Source: Candidatus Binataceae bacterium (GTDB lineage: Bacteria > Desulfobacterota > Binatia > Binatales > Binataceae). Taken from it: DNA of 64,000 bases. The stretch covers positions 632,700 to 696,699 of the forward strand of contig CAVRNO010000003.1 in assembly GCA_963722605.1 (NCBI GenBank). The letters are read 5' to 3'. The notes beneath the pieces were generated by a model, which was given only the letters and a program-made list of their open reading frames with translations, made no database searches and was not told the DNA's origin. Positions 56,342 through 64,000 of the stretch are shown here, in pieces. A program made the position numbers and the translations under genes. How positions within the stretch are numbered: the stretch's first letter is position 1; the number at the start of each line of letters is the position of its first letter.

Positions 56342-57955
56342 ATGGCCGAGAATCGCAGGCGAAAATTCTGGGGATGGGGCTACGAAGACCAGGGGCTGAC
56401 TCCCGAGCAGCAGAAGCATTTTGCCGAGGGGATCGCCGCGCGATTCGGGCTCGGGCCGATCGAGATCACGCCCGCGCCCAAGGAAAGCGAGCTGAATCTG
56501 CGCGCGCCGCGGGTGAAACCGCCGACGGCGCTCGAAGCGATTTGCTCGACCAGCACCCACGACCGCGCCGGCCACACCTACGGCAAGGGCTCGCGCGATC
56601 TCAGGCGGGCGTTCCACCGTTACTATCCGAATCCGATCGACGTCGTCGCGTTTCCGCGCGATGAGAAAGAACTGATCGCGGTGCTCGAATGGTGCGACGG
56701 CGCGCGGATTGCGGCGGTGCCGTACGGCGGCGGCTCGAGCGTGGTCGGCGGAGTCGAGCCACCTGACGGCGACCGCTATCGCGGCGCGGTCTCGATCGAT
56801 CTGATGCATCTGAACAAAGTCGTGGAAGTGGACCGGGTCTCGCGCGCCGCGCGGATTCAGGCCGGGGTGTACGGACCGGCGCTCGACGCGCAGTTGAAGC
56901 CGCACGGGCTGACGATTCGGCATCTGCCGCAGTCGTTTGAATTCTCGACGCTCGGCGGATGGATCGCGACGCGCTCGGGCGGTCATTACGCGACGCTCTA
57001 CACGCATATCGACGACTTCGTCGAATCGCTACGCGTCGTGACTCCCACCGGAATCGTCGAATCGCGCCGATTACCCGGCTCGGGCGCTGGTCCCAGCCCG
57101 GACCGGATGTTCATCGGCTCCGAAGGAATTCTTGGCGTCATCACCGAGGCCTGGATGCGGCTTCAGGATCGGCCGACGTTTCGGGCGAGCACGTCGGTTC
57201 CGTTCCCAAGCATGATCGAGGCGGCGGAGGCGGTGCGCCAAATATCGCAGGCCGGGCTGTATCCCGCGAATTGCCGGCTGCTCGACGAAGGCGAGGCCTT
57301 CAATAACGGCGCGGGCAACGGCGCCGAGGCCGTGCTGATGCTCGCGTTCGAATCCGCGGACCATCTGCTGGAGCCGTGGATGAAGCGCGCGCTGGAGTGC
57401 TGCGCGGATCACGGCGGGAAAATCCCGGCGGAGCCCGTGAAGACTCGCACCGACACCGGCGCGTCGCGCGAAGGATCGGAGGGAGCGTGGCGCAGCGCGT
57501 TTCTGGGCATGCCCTACCTGATGGACACGCTGGCCGCGATGGGAATGGTGAGCGACACGTTCGAGACCGCGATCACGTGGGAGCGATTTCCGGAATTCCA
57601 TCGCCAGGTGATGGAGTGTGCGCGCGATGCGATCGCGCGGGTATGCGGCAAGGGCTCGGTCACGTGCCGATTTACGTACGTTTATCCCGACGGGCCGGCG
57701 CCGTACTACACGGTAGTGGCGGCGGGCAGGCGCGGCTCCGAGATCGAACAGTGGGACGAGATAAAGGCGGCGGTGTCGGACAAGCTGATCGCGCTCGGCG
57801 GCACGATCACGCATCATCATGCGGTCGGCCGCTGGCATCGGCCGTGGTACGACCGCCAGCGCCCGGAGGGATTCGCGCGCGCGCTGAAGGCGGCGAAACG
57901 CGCGCTCGATCCACGCGCGATTCTCAACCCGGGCGTGCTGATCGATCCGGATTGA
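56342..57955 (+). CDS. FAD-binding oxidoreductase, alkyl-DHAP-synthase-like
   Basis: FWGWG, PYGGGSSVVGG, HLPQSFEFSTLGGWIATRSGG, GSEGILG, THHHAVG. Confidence 0.88.
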   Translation: MAENRRRKFWGWGYEDQGLTPEQQKHFAEGIAARFGLGPIEITPAPKESELNLRAPRVKPPTALEAICSTSTHDRAGHTYGKGSRDLRRAFHRYYPNPIDVVAFPRDEKELIAVLEWCDGARIAAVPYGGGSSVVGGVEPPDGDRYRGAVSIDLMHLNKVVEVDRVSRAARIQAGVYGPALDAQLKPHGLTIRHLPQSFEFSTLGGWIATRSGGHYATLYTHIDDFVESLRVVTPTGIVESRRLPGSGAGPSPDRMFIGSEGILGVITEAWMRLQDRPTFRASTSVPFPSMIEAAEAVRQISQAGLYPANCRLLDEGEAFNNGAGNGAEAVLMLAFESADHLLEPWMKRALECCADHGGKIPAEPVKTRTDTGASREGSEGAWRSAFLGMPYLMDTLAAMGMVSDTFETAITWERFPEFHRQVMECARDAIARVCGKGSVTCRFTYVYPDGPAPYYTVVAAGRRGSEIEQWDEIKAAVSDKLIALGGTITHHHAVGRWHRPWYDRQRPEGFARALKAAKRALDPRAILNPGVLIDPD

Positions 57956-57987
57956 GCGGCGCGCGCGACGCGCGGATAAATAAGGAG

Positions 57988-58380
57988 ATGGGCGTCTTCC
58001 CAAAATTGAAGGACGTTGGTGAAATCATCGCGGAGAGAGCGCTGATTTTAGAACATCGCGGTAAGCGCCGAAAGAAAGTCACTATACGACTGGGCAAGCC
58101 GCAGGTCTTTCCGGACGGGCACCCGGATTACTTTTGTCCTTATCAAATTCTCGGCCTTGGAGAAGATGAAGTCAGGTTTGCTGGCGGTCTTGACGCCTTT
58201 CAGGCAATCCAGATGGTTCTGATCGGAATCGCGATCGATCTTAATCGCTACCGTAGAAAGTTCGGTCAAGGACTCTATTGGCTGGAGAAAGGAGACAACT
58301 TGGGATTCGCGAAGCCCGCGCGGGACGCGGGCATTAAAACCTACCAAGGGAAGCGGCCGTGGCATCCCAAAATGCCGTGA
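57988..58380 (+). CDS. DUF6968-like hypothetical protein
   Basis: IAER.L...VTIRLGKP...YFCPYQI.GLG...G.DAFQAI; AAGGAG upstream; start ATG 57988 or TTG 58006. Confidence 0.7.
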   Translation: MGVFPKLKDVGEIIAERALILEHRGKRRKKVTIRLGKPQVFPDGHPDYFCPYQILGLGEDEVRFAGGLDAFQAIQMVLIGIAIDLNRYRRKFGQGLYWLEKGDNLGFAKPARDAGIKTYQGKRPWHPKMP

Positions 58381-58413
58381 ACGCAGCGTTACCGCTATTT
58401 AAGTGACGCGACG

Positions 58414-58731
58414 CTAGTCGTCGAGGTCGAGTTGTTTTTTCGCCGCGTCGCTCATCATGTGCGGCGTCCATGGCGGATCCCACACGATCTCGACGCACGC
58501 GTCGTCGCAGCCGGGGATGCCGAGCAGCTTGTCCTGGATTTCCTGCGTGATCATCATGCCCATCTGGCATCCGGGCGCGGTCAGCGTCATCGTAACGTTG
58601 ACCACGCGGTTGTCGATCGCGACGGCGTAGATCAGTCCGAGGTCCACGAGGTTGACGGGAATCTCCGGGTCGTAACACTCGCGCAGCACTTCGTAAACGT
58701 CTGCTTCGGTCGGTGCGGGCGAATTCTCCAT
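58414..58731 (-). CDS. DUF59/SufT-like Fe-S cluster assembly protein
   Basis: YDPEIPVNLVDLGLIY, MTLTAPGC, VWDPPWTP..MS. Confidence 0.9.
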   Translation of the reverse strand: MENSPAPTEADVYEVLRECYDPEIPVNLVDLGLIYAVAIDNRVVNVTMTLTAPGCQMGMMITQEIQDKLLGIPGCDDACVEIVWDPPWTPHMMSDAAKKQLDLDD

Positions 58732-58821
58732 AGCGCAGTGTCTAGTATATAAGAGGATGGGCGTGCGCGAAATCCGCGGCCGAGCAACGTGCGGCGCGCG
58801 CGCATCCAGCGGAGGTCCGAG

Positions 58822-59160
58822 ATGCCCGACAAGGAAGAACTCTACGACAATGCGATCGACGCATACGCCGACGACAAGTTCGACGAAGCGATCGAGTTGT
58901 ACAAGCGAGCGCTTGAAATCGATCCGAAATACGGCGATGCGATCCACGGAATGACGATGTGCTATCAGGCCAAGGGAGACCTCGACGCAGCGATCGAGCT
59001 GACGAAAAAATATATCGAGGCCGAGCCGGAAGACATCCTGGCATACACCAACCTCAGCATGTTCTACCAGAAGAAGGGGATGGTTCCGGAAGCGGAGGCG
59101 GCAGGCGCGCAGGCGCGGCGGCTGGACTGGAAGCGGCAACTCAAGGAGGGCAAGAAGTAG
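58822..59160 (+). CDS. Small TPR protein
   Basis: Two to three TPR units; GGAGG RBS. Confidence 0.85.
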   Translation: MPDKEELYDNAIDAYADDKFDEAIELYKRALEIDPKYGDAIHGMTMCYQAKGDLDAAIELTKKYIEAEPEDILAYTNLSMFYQKKGMVPEAEAAGAQARRLDWKRQLKEGKK

Positions 59161-59167
59161 GGGTGCG

Positions 59168-59926
59168 ATGAAACTCAAGGACAAGGTTGTACTGATTACC
59201 GGCGCGGGCTCGGGCCTCGGGCGCGAGATGGGACTGACGTTTGCGCGCGAGGGCGCGAAGGTGGGAGTCAACGACATCAGGCCCGAATCGGCGCAAAACG
59301 TCGTGACCGAAATCGAGCGCGCGGGCGGGGTGGCGCGGCCGTTCGTCGCCGACGTGTCGAGCAGCGCGGCGGTCGGCAGGATGTTCGCCGGGTTCGTCGC
59401 CGCGTTCGGGACGATCGACATCCTGATCAACAACGCGGGGATCGCACGCGCTCGCGAGACGAGCGAGATGACCATGACTTACCAGAAGACCGACGAGGAC
59501 TGGCACAAGATGCTCGCGACGCATCTCGACTCGACGTTCTACTGCACCCGCGAGGCGCTCAAGCTGATGATCCCGAAACAGTCGGGACGCATCATCAATA
59601 TGGGCTCGGTCGCCGGCACCACCGGGCTGGCCTTCGCCTCGGACTACTGCGCGGCCAAGGGCGGGATCATCGCGTTCACCAAGTCGGTGGCGCGCGAAGT
59701 GGTCGCGATGGGGATTCTGGTCAATTGCATCGCGCCGGGATTCATCGACACGCCGATGACCGCGATCATCGAGGGCGAGTTCCGCAAGCAGCTGGTGGCG
59801 ATGACGCCGATCGGGCGCTTCGGCGAGCCGGGCGACATCGCGGCCGCGGCGCTCTTTCTGGCCTGCGACGATTCGAAGTTCATGGTCGGCCAGGTGCTCA
59901 GCCCCAACGGCGGCTTCGTGATTTGA
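59168..59926 (+). CDS. SDR (FabG-like) oxidoreductase
   Basis: TGAGSGLG, NNAG, YCAAK, PGFIDTPM. Confidence 0.92.
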   Translation: MKLKDKVVLITGAGSGLGREMGLTFAREGAKVGVNDIRPESAQNVVTEIERAGGVARPFVADVSSSAAVGRMFAGFVAAFGTIDILINNAGIARARETSEMTMTYQKTDEDWHKMLATHLDSTFYCTREALKLMIPKQSGRIINMGSVAGTTGLAFASDYCAAKGGIIAFTKSVAREVVAMGILVNCIAPGFIDTPMTAIIEGEFRKQLVAMTPIGRFGEPGDIAAAALFLACDDSKFMVGQVLSPNGGFVI

Positions 59927-59965
59927 ACTCCGAGGATCGAGCGGGACCGGCTGGATGATCCCACG

Positions 59966-61513
59966 ATGCTGACGCGGTGCGCGGGAATTCTGATTCCACT
60001 GTTCTCGATCCGCACGCGCAACAGTCTCGGACGCGGGGAAATACTGGATCTCGCGCCGATGATGGATTTCGCGCTGTCGATGGGTCATCGCGCAATCCAA
60101 CTGCTGCCGCTCGACGAGACCGGCCCCGACGATCTCAGCCCGTACAGCGCGATGAGCGTGATGGCGATCGATCCGATGTACATCTCGATTAGCGGGCTCG
60201 GCGGCGTCGGGCGGGTGGTGCTGGGGCGCGCGCGCGCGGCGGTAGGGAAGGCGCGCTTTGTGCCGCGCCGCGTCATACGGCGGGAAAAATTTGCACTGCT
60301 CGAGCGCGCATACCGGGCGAGTCGAGCGCGTGGCGGACGTGGCGAAGGCGCGCAACTCGAGGCGTTCATCGAGGCAAACTCGTACTGGCTCGGCGACTAC
60401 GCGATGTTTCGCGCGCTCAAGGAGCGCTTCAACTGGAGCAGTTGGGAAACGTGGCCGGCGCAGATTGCCGGGCGCGATCCGGCTGCGCTCGAATCCGTGC
60501 GCCGCGAACTGGCCGGGCCGATCGAGATGTACCGCTATTGGCAGTTCATCGCGCACCGGCAATGGTCGCAGATGCGCGCCTACGCATCCGCGCACGGCGC
60601 ACTGATCGGCGGAGACCTCGCGTTCTCGCCGCAGCGCGACAGCGCCGAGGTGTGGGCGAACCAGGACGAGTTCGATCTGTCGCGCACCGTCGGCGCGCCG
60701 CCCGATGCTTTCAACCCCAAGGGACAGCGATGGGGCCTGCCGACCCCCAACTGGAATCAGATGCGCGCGCACGGATTCAAGCTGTTGCGCGCGCGTGCGC
60801 GCCGGGCCGGTTCGCTTTACGATTTGATTCGAATCGATCACGTCGTCGGGCTTTATCGAACTTTCAATTTCGGTCCGGAGCCGGACGCGGAAGGAACTTT
60901 CACGCCGGCGGACGAAATGGAGCAGATGCTTCAGGGCGAAGAGGCGATCGGCGCAATCAAACAGGAAGTCGGCGCGGCGGAACTGATCGCTGAAGACCTG
61001 GGCACCGTGCTGCCGTGGGTGCGCGAATCGCTCACCCGCCTGGGCGTACCCGGATACAAGGTGATGCAGTGGGAACGGATCAACTGGGGCCAGGCCGACG
61101 AATCATTTCTCAGCCCCGCCGCCTATCCCGAACTGTCGCTCGCGACTACGGGTACGCATGACACCGAACCGCTCACCGTGTGGTGGCGCGCGCAGCCGGT
61201 TGCCGAGCGTGAGAAATTCTTGCGCGCGCTCGGTCTCGAGAACCGGGTGAATCCGCGCCCGCCGCTTGGGGAAGCGGCGCGCGATGCGATTCTGGCCGCG
61301 CTGTACGCGGCGCCGTCGCAGCTCGTGATAATTCCGATTCAGGATTTGTTTGGATGGAGTGCGCGAATCAACCGGCCCGGAACGATCAGCGAATCGAACT
61401 GGACCTATCGAATGCCGCTGACGCTGGAACGAATGCGCCACAGCCGCGCGATACAGTCGCGCGTCGCCAGGCTGCGCGAAATCGCCATCCGCAGCGGACG
61501 CTTCAGCGGCTAG
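59966..61513 (+). CDS. malQ: 4-alpha-glucanotransferase (amylomaltase, GH77)
   Basis: QLLPL, SPYS, GAPPDAF...GQRWGLP, RIDHVVG, IAEDLG, GTHD, RINRPG...NW. Confidence 0.92.
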   Translation: MLTRCAGILIPLFSIRTRNSLGRGEILDLAPMMDFALSMGHRAIQLLPLDETGPDDLSPYSAMSVMAIDPMYISISGLGGVGRVVLGRARAAVGKARFVPRRVIRREKFALLERAYRASRARGGRGEGAQLEAFIEANSYWLGDYAMFRALKERFNWSSWETWPAQIAGRDPAALESVRRELAGPIEMYRYWQFIAHRQWSQMRAYASAHGALIGGDLAFSPQRDSAEVWANQDEFDLSRTVGAPPDAFNPKGQRWGLPTPNWNQMRAHGFKLLRARARRAGSLYDLIRIDHVVGLYRTFNFGPEPDAEGTFTPADEMEQMLQGEEAIGAIKQEVGAAELIAEDLGTVLPWVRESLTRLGVPGYKVMQWERINWGQADESFLSPAAYPELSLATTGTHDTEPLTVWWRAQPVAEREKFLRALGLENRVNPRPPLGEAARDAILAALYAAPSQLVIIPIQDLFGWSARINRPGTISESNWTYRMPLTLERMRHSRAIQSRVARLREIAIRSGRFSG

Positions 61514-61641
61514 ATTGCCCGACACTCCGCCGTCCGCATCGATCGCAGCCGGCGCTCAAGTTGTGGCGCGCCCGCCGCTTGAACTATAAGCAACACTTGG
61601 CCGCGAAATCTGATCGGCAATACTCGGGGAGCAATCGTCAA

Positions 61642-62694
61642 TTGAGCCAGCCCTCGATCAACCGCGCGCTGAAATTCGCGATTCTTGCCGCCGCAATCGC
61701 GATCGTGAATGGATGCGCCGCGCGACAACCCTCGCCCGCGAAGCCGGCGCCCACAGTCGCCGCCGCCGTTCCGAGCGCGAAACCAACGCCCATCGGCGCG
61801 CCACTGGGCACGCATGCGCCCTACGCGATCACGGCGGGCCTCGACGGCAATCTGTGGTTCACCGAGTACCAGGGCGACGGCGTTTGGCGGATGACCCCGT
61901 ACGGCGCCAGCAAACGCTTTCAGATCGATCCCGACGGATTCGCTGAACGGATCACCGCCGGCCCCGACGGCGCAGTCTGGTTCACCGATACCGCCGGCAA
62001 CCGGATCGGCCGCGTCGCGTCCGATGCAAAAATCGCGTACGTCAAATTGCCCCACTCGGGCAGCGGACCGGCGGGAATTACCTCGGGCCCCGACGGAAAT
62101 CTCTGGTTCACCGAGCACTCGGGCGATCGCATCGGGCGGCTCAGCACGACCGGCACTCTGACCGAGATCGAGCTGCCCAAGGGCACCGGTCCCGCCGAAA
62201 TAGTCGCCGGCAGCGACGGCAACCTGTGGTTCGCCGAGGATAAGGTGAATCGTATCGCGCGCGTCACCGTCTCGGGCGCGGTCAAGGAGTTCCAAATCCT
62301 GGCTCCCGACAGCCGACCCGCGATGATGACGCTCGGCGCCGACGGCAACGTCTGGTTTACCGAGCCGCGGGCCAACAAAATCGGCAAAATCACGCCTGGC
62401 GGCTACATCCTGGAGTTCGCATTGCCCAATCCCGGTGTGCCGCTCGGAATCGCGGCGGGCGCCGACAAGAACCTCTGGGTCACGGTGGTTCGTGCGCGGC
62501 TGATCTATCGCGTGACGCCGAAGGGAGAGTTCACGCCGTTCCCCACGCCGGAAAAATCGATGGCGACCTTCATCACGGCCGGTCCCGACGGCAGGCTGTG
62601 GTTCACCGAGCCCAACGGCAAGATAGGCCGTCTCACGACCTCGGGAGAGGTCAGGGAATTCGTCTTCTCCGATCCCTACAGCGAGTCCAAGTGA
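61642..62694 (+). CDS. Vgb-like beta-propeller lipoprotein
   Basis: Lipobox IVNGC; seven 'IT.GPDGNLWFTE' repeats; TTG start with GGGGAG upstream (start inferred). Confidence 0.82.
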   Translation: MSQPSINRALKFAILAAAIAIVNGCAARQPSPAKPAPTVAAAVPSAKPTPIGAPLGTHAPYAITAGLDGNLWFTEYQGDGVWRMTPYGASKRFQIDPDGFAERITAGPDGAVWFTDTAGNRIGRVASDAKIAYVKLPHSGSGPAGITSGPDGNLWFTEHSGDRIGRLSTTGTLTEIELPKGTGPAEIVAGSDGNLWFAEDKVNRIARVTVSGAVKEFQILAPDSRPAMMTLGADGNVWFTEPRANKIGKITPGGYILEFALPNPGVPLGIAAGADKNLWVTVVRARLIYRVTPKGEFTPFPTPEKSMATFITAGPDGRLWFTEPNGKIGRLTTSGEVREFVFSDPYSESK

Positions 62695-62833
62695 GCGCGG
62701 ATGCGCCGGCCGTGGCGCAGGCGATGGCGCGTCTGTTCCGTTCGCCGGGTTTTGCGCTATAAGCGCCCTATATGAACCAAAACGCTGGGCGCGTTTGGAT
62801 TCCGGCATTATGCCGCAAGGGAGACATTGAGCA

Positions 62834-63727
62834 ATGGGCAAGCTCGACGGAAAGGTAGCCGCCATCACCGGCGGCGGTCGCGGCATCGGCCGCGGCGTCG
62901 CGAGGGCATTCGCCGCGCAGGGATGCGCAGTGGTAGTCAACGATCTTGGGGTCACGGTCGCGGGCCAGAAGGAAACTCAGTCGCCTGCCGACGGCGTGGT
63001 CAAGGAAATCAAGGCCGCGGGTGGCAACGCCGTTTCCAATCACATGGATATCGCCACCGTCGAAGGCGGCGAGGGCCTCATCAACCAGGCGATCAAGGAA
63101 TTCGGCAAGCTCGATATCCTGGTTAACGTCGCCGGGATCCTGCGCGACCGCATGATCTTCAACATGTCCGAACAGGAATGGGACGACGTGATCCGCGTGC
63201 ACCTCAAGGGGCACTACTGCACTATGCGTCCCGCGTCGGCGTACATGCGCGAGCGCAAGTACGGCAGGATTATCAACTTTTCTTCCAATTCCGCCCTGGG
63301 CAGTCCCGGCCAACCCAACTACGCCGCCGCCAAGGCGGGAGTCCTGGGCCTGACGTACTCCAGCGCGAACTCGCTGCACAAGTATGGAATCACGGTGAAT
63401 GCGATCATGCCGGGAGCGGCGACGCGCATGACCGACACGATTCCGGCGGGCAGGATGCCCGGCGCAACCGGAATCCCGCAGTCCGAGAATGTCGAGGGCA
63501 CGCCGCGCGATCCCGCCAACGTCGCGCCGATCGTGGTTTTTCTCGCCAGCGACGATGCCGCGAACGTCACCGGGCAATGCTTTGGCGCGTCGGGCTTTCG
63601 CATCATGCGCTATCGGCACATCGTTCCCGACAAGATTCTGTATAACAACGGCCCGTGGAACATTGACGAGCTGTTCGAGCGGCTCAAGTCCACGCTGATG
63701 GTCGATCTGAGCCAGCCGCGAATGTAG
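62834..63727 (+). CDS. SDR oxidoreductase (hydroxysteroid-dehydrogenase-like)
   Basis: TGGGRGIG, VVNDLG, AGILRDRM, YAAAK. Confidence 0.92.
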   Translation: MGKLDGKVAAITGGGRGIGRGVARAFAAQGCAVVVNDLGVTVAGQKETQSPADGVVKEIKAAGGNAVSNHMDIATVEGGEGLINQAIKEFGKLDILVNVAGILRDRMIFNMSEQEWDDVIRVHLKGHYCTMRPASAYMRERKYGRIINFSSNSALGSPGQPNYAAAKAGVLGLTYSSANSLHKYGITVNAIMPGAATRMTDTIPAGRMPGATGIPQSENVEGTPRDPANVAPIVVFLASDDAANVTGQCFGASGFRIMRYRHIVPDKILYNNGPWNIDELFERLKSTLMVDLSQPRM

Positions 63728-64000
63728 CCGGCGTCAGCGATTTAGCCCGCGCGTCAATGACCCTGCGGCTTGCGGCGGCGGGCCGTTCGATGTCAAAACT
63801 CGCGTCGAGGAATCTTATAACTCGCGCGGCGTACCCGTTGGGATCCTCGAAGATCGCGTCGCCGTGGCCGGCCGACGGCACCGTCCACATCTGCGAATTG
63901 AAGCCTGCCGAGGCGACTATCGCTTTGCCGTCGGCGACCGGCGTTACCTTGTCGTCGCGATTCTGGATGATGAGCAACGAGCACGTGCCCAGGTTGCCCG
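63684..64000 (-). CDS. Alpha/beta hydrolase, C-terminal part (runs off window)
   Basis: LIIQNRDDKVTP...WTVPSAGHG catalytic Asp/His pattern. Confidence 0.7.
   Translation of the reverse strand, partial: GNLGTCSLLIIQNRDDKVTPVADGKAIVASAGFNSQMWTVPSAGHGDAIFEDPNGYAARVIRFLDASFDIERPAAASRRVIDARAKSLTPATFAAGSDRPSAWT

Noticed and set aside
61642-62694. Virginiamycin B resistance lyase
   Set aside because: Only the generic propeller repeat is evident, and it is a predicted lipoprotein; resistance function is unsupported.
1-64000. tRNA, rRNA, tmRNA or integrase-bearing prophage/island
   Set aside because: None recognised by eye in the intergenic regions; tRNAscan-SE and Infernal were not run, so small RNAs could be missed.

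Overview
High-GC bacterial chromosomal window. Gene content and style tentatively suggest a Deltaproteobacteria-like or Ca. Binatota organism; this is an inference and was not tested. The core is a large hopanoid biosynthesis cluster (TetR-hpnH-ispA-ZnADH-shc-dxr-hpnCDE-hpnA-CruF-like-SDR, plus hpnG and hpnK) with hpnR about 12 kb downstream. A shared 16-bp palindrome (CTRACC-N4-GGTYAG) lies in the promoter regions of the TetR/hpn operon, hpnR and an uncharacterised membrane-anchored B12/radical-SAM gene. This suggests an undescribed hopanoid regulon and a candidate new hopanoid-tailoring enzyme. Accessory DNA comprises: a complete IS1595-family element (perfect 23-bp IRs, 8-bp TSD) carrying two unknown passenger genes; a 1.4-kb insert with an RHS-tip relic between diverged ~235-bp direct repeats; two tandem MITE-like elements inserted at one CTAG site, one holding a 67-bp hairpin array; REP-like repeats; parS sites; and a hicBA toxin-antitoxin pair. 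Seven frameshifts in five genes, six of them +1, most likely reflect sequencing indels. No rRNA, tRNA or CRISPR array was recognised.
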